Source of the DNA: Eledone cirrhosa
Taxonomy: Eukaryota
Direction: 5' to 3'
NCBI GenBank assembly: GCA_964016885.1
Contig: OZ024758.1
Location: 7,378,001-7,442,000, forward strand
Length of the DNA stretch: 64,000 nucleotides
In this document: positions 1 to 13,315 of the stretch, one piece after another
Position numbering within the stretch: position 1 is the first letter of the stretch
Layout: every line of letters begins with the position of its first letter
Made by a program: the position numbers and the translations under genes
The notes under the pieces: generated by a model
Told to the model about the DNA's origin: nothing
The model's input: only the letters and a program-made list of their open reading frames with translations
The model's database searches: none

Positions 1-3000
1 TTATGTTGAGTTGAGTCAGCATTATGTTGAGTTGAGTCTGCCTTATGTTGAGTTGAGTCAGCATTATGTTGAATTGAGTCTGCCTTATGTTGAGTTGAGT
101 CAGCATTATGTTGAATTGATTCTACCTTATGTTGAGTTGAGTCTGCCTTATGTTGAGTTGAGTCAGCATTATGTTGAATTGATTCTACCTTATGTTGAGT
201 TGAGTCTGCCTTATGTTGAGTTGATTCAGCATTATGTTGAATTGATTCTACCTTATGTTGAGTTGAGTCTGCCTTATGTTGAGTTGAGTCAGCATTATGT
301 TGAATTGATTCTACCTTATGTTGAGTTGAGTCAGCATTATGTTGAGTTGAGTCTGCCTTATGTTGAGTTGATTCTACCTTATGTTGAGTTGAGTCAGCAT
401 TATGTTGAGTTGAGTCTGCCTTATGTTGAGTTGAGTCAGCATTATGTTGAATTGATTCTACCTTATGTTGAGTTTAGTCAGCATTATGTTGAACTGATTC
501 TACCTTATGTTGAGTTGAGTCAGCATTATGTTGAGTTGAGTCTGCCTTATGTTGAGTTGAGTCAGCATTATGTTGAGTTGAGTCAGCATTATGTTGAATT
601 GATTCTACCTTATGTTGAGTTGAGTCAGCATTATGTTGAATTGATTCTACCTTATGTTGAGTTGAGTCAGCATTATGTTGAATTGATTCTACCTTATGTT
701 GAGTTGAGTCAGCATTATGTTGAATTGATTCTACCTTATGTTGAGTTGAGTCTGCCTTATGTTGAGTTGAGTCAGCATTATGTTGAATTGATTCTACCTT
801 ATGTTGAGTTGAGTCTGCCTTATGTTGAGTTGAGTCAGCATTATGTTGAATTGATTCTACCTTATGTTGAGTTGAGTCAGCATTATGTTGAGTTGAGTCT
901 GCCTTATGTTGAGTTGAGTCAGCATTATGTTGAATTGATTCTACCTTATGTTGAGTTGAGTCAGCATTATGTTGAGTTGATTCTACCTTATGTTGAGTTG
1001 AGTCAGCATTATGTTGAGTTGAGTCTGCCTTATGTTGAGTTGAGTCAGCATTATGTTGAATTGATTCTACCTTATGTTGAGTTGAGTCTGCCTTATGTTG
1101 AGTTGAGTCAGCATTATGTTGAATTGATTCTACCTTATGTTGAGTTGAGTCTGCCTTATGTTGAGTTGAGTCAGCATTATGGTGAATTGATTCTACCTTA
1201 TGTTGAGTTGAGTCAGCATTATGTTGAGTTGATTCTACCTTATGTTGAGTTGAGTCAGCATTATGTTGAGTTGAGTCTGCCTTATGTTGACTTGAGTCAG
1301 CATTATGTTGAATTGATTCTACCTTATGTTGAGTTGAGTCAGCATTATGTTGAGTTGAGTCTGCCTTATGTTGAGTTGAGTCAGCATTATGTTGAATTGA
1401 TTCTACCTTATGTTGAGTTGAGTCAGCATTATGTTGAATTGATTCTACCTTATGTTGAGTTGAGTCAGCATTATGTTGAGTTGAGTTTGCCTTATGTTGA
1501 GTTGAGTCAGCATTATGTTGAATTGATTCTACCTTATGTTGAGTTGAGTCAGCATTATGTTGAGTTGAGTCAGCATTATGTTGAATTGATTCTACCTTAT
1601 GTTGAGTTGAGTCAGCATTATGTTGAATTGATTCTACCTTATGTTGAGTTGAGTCAGCATTATGTTGAATTGATTCTACCTTATGTTGAGTTGAGTCAGC
1701 ATTATGTTGAATTGATTCTACCTTATGTTCAGTTGAGTCTGCCTTATTTTGAGTTGAGTCAGCATTATATTGAATTGATTCTACCTTATGTTGAGTTGAG
1801 TCTGCCTTATGTTGAGTTGAGTCAGCATTATGTTGAATTGATTCTACCTTATGTTGAGTTGAGTCTGCCTTATGTTGAGTTGAGTCAGCATTATGTTGAA
1901 TTGATTCTACCTTATGTTGAGTTGAGTCAGCATTATGTTGAGTTGAGTCTGCCTTATGTTGAGTTGAGACAGCATTATGTTGAATTGAGTCTGCCTTATG
2001 TTGAGTTGAGTCAGCATTATGTTGAATTGATTCTACCTTATGTTGAGTTGAGTCTGCCTTATGTTGAGTTGAGTCAGCATTATGTTGAATTGATTCTACC
2101 TTATGTTGAGTTGAGTCTGCCTTATGTTGAGTTGAGTCAGCATTATGTTGAATTGATTCTACCTTATGTTGAGTTGAGTCAGCATTATGTTGAGTTGAGT
2201 CTGCCTTATGTTGAGTTGAGTCAGCATTATTTTGAATTGATTCTACCTTATGTTGAGTTGAGTCTGCCTTATGTTGACTTGAGTCAGCATTATGTTGAAT
2301 TGATTCTACCTTATGTTGAGTTGAGTCTGCCTTATGTTGAGTTGAGTCAGCATTATGTTGAATTGATTCTACCTTATGTTGAGTTGAGTCAGCATTATGT
2401 TGAGTTGATTCTACCTTATGTTGAGTTGAGTCAGCATTATGTTGAGTTGAGTCTGCCTTATGTTGAGTTGAGTCAGCATTATGTTGAATTGATTCTACCT
2501 TATGTTGAGTTGAGTCAGAATTATGTTGAATTGATTCTACCTTATGTTGAGTTGAGTCAGCATTATGTTGAGTTGAGTCAGCATTATGTTGAATTGATTC
2601 TACCTTATGTTGAGTTGAGTCTGCCTTATGTTGAGTTGAGTCAGCATTATGTTGAATTGATTCTACCTTATGTTGATTTGAGTCTGCCTTATGTTGAGTT
2701 GAGTCAGCATTATGTTGAATTGATTCTACCTTATGTTGAGTTGAGTCAGCATTATGTTGAGTTGAGTCTGCCTTATGTTGAGTTGAGTCAGCATTATGTT
2801 GAATTGATTCTACCTTATGTTGAGTTGAGTCTGCCTTATGTTGAGTTGAGTCAGCATTATGTTGAATTGATTCTACCTTATGTTGAGTTGAGTCTGCCTT
2901 ATGTTGAGTTGAGTCAGCATTATGTTGAATTGATTCTACCTTATGTTGAGTTGAGTCAGCATTATGTTGAGTTGATTCTACCTTATGTTGAGTTGAGTCA

Positions 3001-6000
3001 GCATTATGTTGAGTTGAGTCTGCCTTATGTTGAGTTGAGTCAGCATTATGTTGAATTGAATCTACCTCATGTTGAGTTGAGTCTGCCTTATGTTGAGTTG
3101 AGTCAGCATTATGTTGAATTGATTCTACCTTATGTTGAGTTGAGTCTGCCTTATGTTGAGTTGAGTCAGCATTATGTTGAATTGATTCTACCTTATGTTG
3201 AGTTGAGTCAGAATTATGTTGAGTTGAGTCTGCCTTATGTTGAGTTGAGTCAGCATTATGTTGAATTGATTCTACCTTATGTTGAGTTGAGTCTGCCTTA
3301 TGTTGAGTTGAGTCAGCATTATGTTGAATTGATTCTACCTTATGTTGAGTTGAGTCTGCCTTATGTTGAGTTGAGTCAGCATTATGTTGAATTGATTCTA
3401 CCTTATGTTGAGTTGAGTCAGCATTATGTTGAGTTGATTCTACCTTATGTTGAGTTGATTCTACCTTATGTTGAGTTGAGTCAGCATTATGTTGAGTTGA
3501 GTCTGCCTTATGTTGAGTTGAGTCAGCATTATGTTGAATTGATTCTACCTTATGTTGAGTTGAGTCAGCATTATGTTGAATTGATTCTACCTTATGTTGA
3601 GTTGAGCCAGCATTATGTTGAGTTGAGTCTGCCTTATGTTGAGTTGAGTCAGCATTATGTTGAATTGATTCTACCTTATGTTGAGTTGAGTCTGCCTTAT
3701 GTTGAGTTGTGTCTGCCTTATGTTGAGTTGATTCTACCTTATGTTGAGTTGAGTCAGCATTATGTTGAGTTGAGTCTGCCTTATGTTGAGTTGAATCAGC
3801 ATTATGTTGAATTGATTCTACCTTATGTTGAGTTGAGTCAGCATTATGTTGAATTGATTCTACCTTATGTTGAGTTGAGTCAGCATTATGTTGAGTTGAG
3901 TCTGCCTTATGTTGAGTTGATTCTACCTTATGTTGAGTTGAGTCAGCATTATGTTGAGTTGAGTCTACCTTATGTTGAGTTGATTCTACCTCATGTTGAG
4001 TTGAGTCAGCATTATGTTGAGTTGAGTCTGCCTTATGTTGAGTTGAATCAGCATTATGTTGAATTGATTCTACCTTATGTTGAGTTGAGTCAGCATTATG
4101 TTGAATTGATTCTACCTTATGTTGAGTTGAGTCTGCCTTATGTTGAGTTGAGTCAGCATTATGTTGAATTGATTCTACCTTATGTTGAGTTGAGTCAGCA
4201 TTATGTTGAGTTGAGTCTGCCTTATGTTGAGTTGAGTCAGCATTATTTTGAATTGATTCTACCTTATGTTGAGTTGAGTCTGCCTTATGTTGACTTGAGT
4301 CAGCATTATGTTGAATTGATTCTACCTTATGTTGAGTTGAGTCTGCCTTATGTTGAGTTGAGTCAGCATTATGTTGAATTGATTCTACCTTATATTGAGT
4401 TGAGTCAGCATTATGTTGAGTTGATTCTACCTTATGTTGAGTTGAGTCAGCATTATGTTGAGTTGAGTCTGCCTTATGTTGAGTTGAGTCAGCATTATGT
4501 TGAATTGATTCTACCTTATGTTGAGTTGAGTCAGCATTATGTTGAATTGATTCTACCTTATGTTGAGTTGAGTAAGCATTATGTTGAGTTGAGTCAGCAT
4601 TATGTTGAATTGATTCTACCTTATGTTGAGTTGAGTCTGCCTTATGTTGAGTTGAGTCAGCATTATGTTGAATTGATTCTACCTTATGTTGATTTGAGTC
4701 TGCCTTATGTTGAGTTGAGTCAGCATTATGTTGAATTGATTCTACCTTATGTTGAGTTGAGTCAGCATTATGTTGAGTTGAGTCTGCCTTATGTTGAGTT
4801 GAGTCAGCATTATGTTGAATTGATTCTACCTTATGTTGAGTTGAGTCTGCCTTATGTTGAGTTGAGTCAGCATTATGTTGAATTGATTCTACCTTATGTT
4901 GAGTTGAGTCTGCCTTATGTTGAGTTGAGTCAGCATTATGTTGAATTGATTCTACCTTATGTTGAGTTGAGTCAGCATTATGTTGAGTTGATTCTACCTT
5001 ATGTTGAGTTGAGTCAGCATTATGTTGAGTTGAGTCTGCCTTATGTTGAGTTGAGTCAGCATTATGTTGAATTGATTCTACCTTATGTTGAGTTGAGTCT
5101 GCCTTATGTTGAGTTGAGTCAGCATTATGTTGAATTGATTCTACCTTATGTTGAGTTGAGTCTGCCTTATGTTGAGTTGAGTCAGCATTATGTTGAATTG
5201 ATTCTACCTTATGTTGAGTTGAGTCAGAATTATGTTGAGTTGAGTCTGCCTTATGTTGAGTTGAGTCAGCATTATGTTGAATTGATTCTACCTTATGTTG
5301 AGTTGAGTCTGCCTTATGTTGAGTTGAGTCAGCATTATGTTGAATTGATTCTACCTTATGTTGAGTTGAGTCTGCCTTATGTTGAGTTGAGTCAGCATTA
5401 TGTTGAATTGATTCTACCTTATGTTGAGTTGAGTCAGCATTATGTTGAGTTGATTCTACCTTATGTTGAGTTGATTCTACCTTATGTTGAGTTGAGTCAG
5501 CATTATGTTGAGTTGAGTCTGCCTTATGTTGAGTTGAGTCAGCATTATGTTGAATTGATTCTACCTTATGTTGAGTTGAGTCAGCATTATGTTGAATTGA
5601 TTCTACCTTATGTTGAGTTGAGTCAGCATTATGTTGAGTTGAGTCTGCCTTATGTTGAGTTGAGTCAGCATTATGTTGAATTGATTCTACCTTATGTTGA
5701 GTTGAGTCTGCCTTATGTTGAGTTGTGTCTGCCTTATGTTGAGTTGATTCTACCTTATGTTGAGTTGAGTCAGCATTATGTTGAGTTGAGTCTGCCTTAT
5801 GTTGAGTTGAATCAGCATTATGTTGAATTGATTCTACCTTATGTTGAGTTGAGTCAGCATTATGTTGAATTGATTCTACCTTATGTTGAGTTGAGTCAGC
5901 ATTATGTTGAGTTGAGTCTGCCTTATGTTGAGTTGATTCTACCTTATGTTGAGTTGAGTCAGCATTATGTTGAGTTGAGTCTACCTTATGTTGAGTTGAT

Positions 6001-8052
6001 TCTACCTCATGTTGAGTTGAGTCAGCATTATGTTGAGTTGAGTCTGCCTTATGTTGAGTTGAATCAGCATTATGTTGAATTGATTCTACCTTATGTTGAG
6101 TTGAGTCAGCATTATGTTGAATTGATTCTACCTTATGTTGAGTTGAGTCTGCCTTATGTTGAGTTGAGTCAGCATTATGTTGAATTGATTCTACCTTATG
6201 TTGAGTTGAGTCAGCATTATGTTGAGTTGAGTCTGCCTTATGTTGAGTTGAGTCAGCATTATTTTGAATTGATTCTACCTTATGTTGAGTTGAGTCTGCC
6301 TTATGTTGACTTGAGTCAGCATTATGTTGAATTGATTCTACCTTATGTTGAGTTGAGTCTGCCTTATGTTGAGTTGAGTCAGCATTATGTTGAATTGATT
6401 CTACCTTATGTTGAGTTGAGTCAGCATTATGTTGAGTTGATTCTACCTTATGTTGAGTTGAGTCAGCATTATGTTGAGTTGAGTCTGCCTTATGTTGAGT
6501 TGAGTCAGCATTATGTTGAATTGATTCTACCTTATGTTGAGTTGAGTCAGCATTATGTTGAATTGATTCTACCTTATGTTGAGTTGAGTAAGCATTATGT
6601 TGAGTTGAGTCAGCATTATGTTGAATTGATTCTACCTTATGTTGAGTTGAGTCTGCCTTATGTTGAGTTGAGTCAGCATTATGTTGAATTGATTCTACCT
6701 TATGTTGATTTGAGTCTGCCTTATGTTGAGTTGAGTCAGCATTATGTTGAATTGATTCTACCTTATGTTGAGTTGAGTCAGCATTATGTTGAGTTGAGTC
6801 TGCCTTATGTTGAGTTGAGTCAGCATTATGTTGAATTGATTCTACCTTATGTTGAGTTGAGTCTGCCTTATGTTGAGTTGAGTCAGCATTATGTTGAATT
6901 GATTCTACCTTATGTTGAGTTGAGTCTGCCTTATGTTGAGTTGAGTCAGCATTATGTTGAATTGATTCTACCTTATGTTGAGTTGAGTCAGCATTATGTT
7001 GAGTTGATTCTACCTTATGTTGAGTTGAGTCAGCATTATGTTGAGTTGAGTCTGCCTTATGTTGAGTTGAGTCAGCATTATGTTGAATTGATTCTACCTT
7101 ATGTTGAGTTGAGTCTGCCTTATGTTGAGTTGAGTCAGCATTATGTTGAATTGATTCTACCTTATGTTGAGTTGAGTCTGCCTTATGTTGAGTTGAGTCA
7201 GCATTATGTTGAATTGATTCTACCTTATGTTGAGTTGAGTCAGAATTATGTTGAGTTGAGTCTGCCTTATGTTGAGTTGAGTCAGCATTATGTTGAATTG
7301 ATTCTACCTTATGTTGAGTTGAGTCTGCCTTATGTTGAGTTGAGTCAGCATTATGTTGAATTGATTCTACCTTATGTTGAGTTGAGTCTGCCTTATGTTG
7401 AGTTGAGTCAGCATTATGTTGAATTGATTCTACCTTATGTTGAGTTGAGTCAGCATTATGTTGAGTTGATTCTACCTTATGTTGAGTTGATTCTACCTTA
7501 TGTTGAGTTGAGTCAGCATTATGTTGAGTTGAGTCTGCCTTATGTTGAGTTGAGTCAGCATTATGTTGAATTGATTCTACCTTATGTTGAGTTGAGTCAG
7601 CATTATGTTGAATTGATTCTACCTTATGTTGAGTTGAGTCAGCATTATGTTGAGTTGAGTCTGCCTTATGTTGAGTTGAGTCAGCATTATGTTGAATTGA
7701 TTCTACCTTATGTTGAGTTGAGTCTGCCTTATGTTGAGTTGTGTCTGCCTTATGTTGAGTTGATTCTACCTTATGTTGAGTTGAGTCAGCATTATGTTGA
7801 GTTGAGTCTGCCTTATGTTGAGTTGAATCAGCATTATGTTGAATTGATTCTACCTTATGTTGAGTTGAGTCAGCATTATGTTGAATTGATTCTACCTTAT
7901 GTTGAGTTGAGTCAGCATTATGTTGAGTTGAGTCTGCCTTATGTTGAGTTGATTCTACCTTATGTTGAGTTGAGTCAGCATTATGTTGAGTTGAGTCTAC
8001 CTTATGTTGAGTTGATTCTACCTCATGTTGAGTTGAGTCAGCATTATGTTGA
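1..8052. repeat. 21-bp minisatellite with three monomer variants and a 2016-bp higher-order repeat; runs off the window start
   Basis: Monomers TTATGTTGAGTTGAGTCAGCA, TTATGTTGAGTTGAGTCTGCC and TTATGTTGARTTGATTCTACC. Rare variants recur at 2016-bp spacing (CATTATTTTG at 2225/4241/6257; GTTGAGTTGT at 3701/5717/7733). Confidence 0.98.
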
Positions 8053-8106
8053 GGTAGACTCAAGTAAAAACAAAGTGGTTCAAAGTCAGCTATATTTGTT
8101 TCATCA

Positions 8107-8307
8107 TGCGAGGGCCGGCTGAAAAGTTCATAGCTGACTATGAAGGCGTGATGCTAGAGCTGTGAAATCTTGCATGGATTAATTTCAACTCGTCCTATTA
8201 ATAACTGCATTGTTTCTTTCCAGGGACTATGTTGAAAAATAAACCTCATTTGGTCATTCCATGAGAGTATCTTGGTCAGCCAATGAACTTTTTAGTCGAT
8301 CCGCGTA
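8107..8307. mobile_element. ~200-bp mariner-type MITE, family M1
   Basis: TIRs near consensus TACGAGGGTCGGCTGAAAAGTTCATAGGCTGAC at both ends; the same internal sequence recurs elsewhere in the window. Confidence 0.85.
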
Positions 8308-8934
8308 TTCACTGGTACTAAACCGGATAGACGCAGAGAGAGAGCGAGAGAGAGAGAGACTTCTAAGAAAAACTTCTATTATCCATACTATATCTTTGGT
8401 AAATCTTTAAGTAAAGATTCTAAGGTTGACGGCAATAAATCAGAATGATTGTATTAATTTGGCACATCGACATTTTCACGTGTACACACCATACAATGAA
8501 ACGGTATTACAACAAAGTGGATTTGATGTTTCCATTCATAGTTAATACGTGGGTGTGAAACGCTTTTATCTGGTAGTATATTTTAGAAGGAAAGACAATT
8601 ACTAAAGATGTGTGGACAATAATTTCTTGAAAAGAATGAAAATCGATAAGTTGTATTTGGAATGTTTTGTGCAGAGCGAGGAAAAAACACCCTGATTTAC
8701 AAATGGATGAGTCAAGCCTAAACAGGGAATAAGAAACTAGAAAAAGGAAAGCAGAAAAAAGATATTCATGGTGAGGTAAATATAAATTCGTTCGTGATAC
8801 AATTTGCTGTCAAATAATTTGTCGGAGGACAATCTTCTACTTTATAGCTGGAACGAGAGGAATAACATTAAAATAATCTAAATGTAAAATTAAGAAGTAT
8901 ATATCTCTTTTAATCCCTTTCCTCTAAGAATCAT

Positions 8935-9560
8935 GCATGTGTATGTATACATGTGAGTGTATATATGTGTATATGTCAGTGTATATATGTGTATATGTCA
9001 GTGTATATATGGCAGTGTATATATGCCAGTGTATGTATACATGTGAGTGTATATATGTGTATATGTCAGTGTATATATCCCAGTGTATATATGCCCATGT
9101 ATTTGTACATGTGAGTGTATATATGTGTATATGTCAGTGTATATATCCCAGTGTATATATGCCAGTTTATGTGTGCATGTGAATGTATGTATGTGTATAT
9201 ATCAGTGTATATATCCCAGTGTATATATGCCAGTTTATGTGTGCATGTGAATGTATGTATGTGTATATGCTAGTGTATATATGCCTGTGTATGTGTGCAT
9301 GTGTATGCCTTTATGTATAGGCATTTATAATGTATTTTTGCACTGTATGTACAAGCACGTACATACACGCCAGTTCATGAACACGCTTGTACATATACAC
9401 GTACATACACGCACATACACCACACCCATACAACACACACCTACACACACATCATAGACATACATATATATACACACACATATACACACACACACACCAT
9501 ACACATATATACATACACACGCTCACATACACACACATGCATACATACTCACACGTATGT
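8935..9560. repeat. Degenerate (TG/TA) then (CA/TA) microsatellite
   Basis: Direct inspection. Confidence 0.9.
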
Positions 9561-10114
9561 GCTGATGTATATTCAAACATCCTATTAACAATGATACAAC
9601 AATTTAAAACAAATCTGTGTATTCCAATGAATATGTGTAAATATCATTGTCTCTTTAATCTAATAGAAGACCCTTTAATTTACATGAGTATGTGTATATC
9701 ATCAATAAAGAGCAACCACATGGCCTGGGGTGTATGTATGTAAATGTGTGACTTGGGTATTTCACCTGCTTTTTTTTCCTCTTCCACATTTCAAAAGAAG
9801 TTGAGATTGTGAATATTTGTGATGTCAAGGCTTGCGCATAAATTTGATTTAAATCCAAGCTTATCTTGACCCAAAGCTATGACGAGATCAATATGATTGG
9901 AAGTATATTTTGGTATAGCAAAAGGGAACAACCATCTAAGAATACCTAATCTGTAACTTGCTCCAAAGACCCTTGTATATCACATTATCAGATTACCGCA
10001 ATTGGTTCAGCCACTTGTTGGGATGCCACTCTAGACGCTCCCATAGTCAGCTGTTGCCATTGGTCTATATTCTCCGTCATACGTAGAAGGATCTCGGTGT
10101 TGTCAGATTCTGTG

Positions 10115-10652
10115 GTAAATAACTACACCAATATAGAGGTATGTAAATATACTCAGACGTGCATAAACCTACTCAAATCTTCAAGGAAATATTTCTGTCT
10201 GGCGATTGTAATATATTGTTTTCATATTTCACACATTTCTTCTTCCCTATTTTCCCCCTCCATCTAGTGTGAAAGGTGTTGAGTGAGGCCTCACTGTCAT
10301 CATATCCTAGATCAAGATTTGTTGTGATAATAACAATTTAGTTTTATGTATTTCGTGAAAATGTATGCATATATTAATGGTGAGTAATGCGTAGAAGGAT
10401 CTTGGTATTGTGACCATTCCAGTCTTTTATGAAGAATACCATTGAACTATAAACATGAGAAAATATCCAGGTACCTCTAAAGTGTTTCATCATATTCCAC
10501 ATAGCTGGCTGAAGTCACCGTTTTTTTTACCGTTGAGTTTACTATACTGTACTATACTATACTGTACTGTACTATACTGTACTATACTATGCTTACTATA
10601 CGTATGGTTCATTCAATAAGTTGGATTCAGTCTTCACATGCAAGAGCAGAAG
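10115..10652 (+). repeat. ~540-bp dispersed duplication, copy 1 (copy 2 at 26638-27179)
   Basis: Near-identical sequence from GTAAATAACTACACC to GCAAGAGCAGAAG, including a TACTA/TACTG pentamer tract. Confidence 0.95.
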
Positions 10653-10895
10653 GCCTCTAATTCACTGAAGGTTTGAGGCCTAAAAGCTAGATTAACCTGG
10701 TTTAGTATCTGTTAAAGAGGTTTGTCAGGGTGTGGTCACTGTGCATACACGTTCTTAGAGACATGGTATTCATACACTAATGGCGAGTAATGCAATTGGG
10801 GGCCTTCTCGTATTTATTATCGGGTCTAATGTTTCTGATACCAACCATTGAGGATCGTAATTGAAACAACTGCAGAATTCCCTTCGTAAATCATT

Positions 10896-11066
10896 TATGA
10901 GGATCAGCTGAAAAAGTTCATAGGCTGACCAAGATACTCTCATGGAATGACCAAATGAGGTTTCTTTTTTCAATATAGTCCCTGGAACGAAACAATGCAG
11001 TTATTAACAATAAGATTTAAAATTAATGCATACAAGGTTTCACAGCTCTAGCATCACTCTTTCATA
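10896..11066. mobile_element. M1 MITE, opposite orientation, truncated
   Basis: TATGAGGATCAGCTGAAAAAGTTCATAGGCTGACCAAGATACTCTCATGG matches the M1 end. Confidence 0.8.
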
Positions 11067-11544
11067 TTAGAGATAGGTGCCCAAGATGAGACGAAACAGG
11101 CCTTAATTGATCCCAATACAAGTACTTCCACCAAATTTCATACCCATAACTGAGCCATCGTAGTTTTTGACTCAAACTTTCTCAGCTTAATTACTCGAGT
11201 TTCGTGTCATCAAAATATTTTCTCATATTTATAGTTCAATGGTATTCTTCATAAAAGACTGTACGAGAGTGGCATCTCAACAACTAGCTGCACCAATTGT
11301 GGGAACCTGATAACGTGATGATGGAATTCTTCAGATACTATGGTCTTTGGAGCTAGTTACTGATTAGGTCTTCTTAAAAGATTATCCCTTTTTGTGCTTT
11401 TATTTTATGTTGTTGTTTGTGGAACAAACGTTGTATTGTACATCTCTTTAGATATGAATCAATCTCTCTGTAGTTTGTTACAAATATTTTTGTCTTTGTC
11501 TGCATTTGGAAACAAGTTTCTGTCTTTTGTTAAAGGTCTCATAT

Positions 11545-11632
11545 GGTTATTGCTGTTATTACTACTGTTGCTGTTGTTGCTATTGTTGCTATTGTTGCTG
11601 TTGTTGTTGTTGTTGCTATTGTTATTGTTGAT
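11545..11632. repeat. (TTG/CTG/CTA)n trinucleotide repeat
   Basis: Direct inspection; source of the poly-Leu ORF. Confidence 0.9.
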
Positions 11633-12164
11633 ACTTATGGCGTTGATGTTCTTGTTGCCGACATATGATCGACGACATTACATCTGTAATCGTTTCGTCT
11701 TTAACATATTTAGGACTACATTATCCAATCTCTCATTTTCTTTTTTTCGGGATAATAGGACATACCGCAATTTCTGAGCTAGAAGGCACACTCGTGTATA
11801 AGAAGCATTTTTATTTTAACGAAAAAATATTTTGGAAACAGTTATAATAATATTCGATAGATTTCTATTGAACAAAAATTCAGCCTGATATTTTGTAAAG
11901 AGTGTGTTGTTCCTGACACAAATGACCTCAAGACAATTATTTTGCGCTGCGTTGAACAGCAATTACTGGATATTTACAAATACTTTCACCAACGTTTATT
12001 TCATATAATTCAATGTTTTTACTTCGTTTTATTTTATTATATGTATATAGTTAGTTGATTTTTTTTTTAGAAGAAAATTATCAATACTTGTGTTTATAAT
12101 CTAATGTGAGCCTACATATTTAAATATACAGCTACACCTATACGTGGTTTGTCTAAAGAAGACA

Positions 12165-12755
12165 TATGTATGTATATATATATATATATGTATCTATGTA
12201 TGTTTGTATTATGTATGTATGTATTTATAGATGTATATATGTATATATATATACGTATGCATGTATGCATGTATATGTATTTATATACGTAAATATGCAT
12301 TTATGTATGTATTTATATACGTATATATGTATATATGTATATATGTATGTATTTATATACGTATATATGTGTGTATGCATGTATATGTATGTATGTATAT
12401 GTATGTATTTATATTTGTATGTATGTATTTGTGTATATATGTATGTATATATATATGTATATGTGTGTATGTATGTATTCATGTATGTATGTATGCATGT
12501 GTGTATGTATGCATGTGTGTGTGAGTATATGTATGTATATATATATATATGTATGTGTGTGTATGTATGCATATATGTATTTTTTTATGTATATATGTAT
12601 ATATGAGTGAATGCTTATGTATACGCATGCGCACAAACACACAAACACACAGCTTGAACTCCGAAGTAATAAGACTCATCAATTGACCATGATAAAGAAT
12701 ATTATTAAACTCTACTTCAGTATTGAGTACACATTGTCACATCACACGGATATAT

Positions 12756-12820
<65 letters not shown>
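12165..12820. repeat. (TA/TG) microsatellite block ending in (TG)n
   Basis: Direct inspection. Confidence 0.9.
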
Positions 12821-12821
<1 letters not shown>

Positions 12822-12893
12822 GGGTTCAATCGGGGGTAACCACAGTAAGTAAGGTACTCAATACATAGCAGGATATAAATATTTAATATAGGA

Positions 12894-12950
12894 ATGGCTT
12901 CTACAGGACTAGAACTGTTTCATTCGAAGGAAATCATCAGGAAAGCCCAT
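12894..12950 (-). ncRNA. Type I hammerhead ribozyme, family H1
   Basis: Minus strand AUGGGCUUUC CUGAUGA UUUCCUUCGAAU GAA ACAG-UUCUAGUC-CUGU A GAAGCCAU: intact core, GUA triplet, stems I-III pair (stem I with bulges). Confidence 0.75.
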
Positions 12951-12975
12951 CAGGCGTCTAGCCCTGCAGAAGCCA

Positions 12976-13007
<32 letters not shown>

Positions 13008-13009
<2 letters not shown>

Positions 13010-13072
13010 ACGAAGGAGTCCAGAAATAGCCGTCGAAACGGCTTGAGCTCTGCCGTCGGGGTCATACTTTCT

Positions 13073-13075
<3 letters not shown>
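13008..13075. mobile_element. Short TA-embedded element, family P2, rearranged
   Basis: GTCCAGAAATAGCCGTCGAAACGGCTTGAGCTCTGCCGTCGGGGTC between (TA)n runs. Confidence 0.7.
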
Positions 13076-13131
<56 letters not shown>

Positions 13132-13278
13132 TATATTATATATATATATTATATATATATGTGTGTATATACACATATGTATGCATCTATACATATATAA
13201 AAACACACACGCGCGCACATAAATATATATTCTCTATCTCAGTTATTAAGAAATATCTTGTTTGACGCCATACAATAC

Positions 13279-13315
<37 letters not shown>

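Noticed and set aside
1-8052. CRISPR-like array or giant gene
   Set aside because: No unique spacers or cas genes and a eukaryotic context; the ORFs follow from the stop-free 21-mer
8585-8780. Plus-strand exon candidate ending at GGTGAG-GTAAAT
   Set aside because: Stops in all three frames; no recognisable protein
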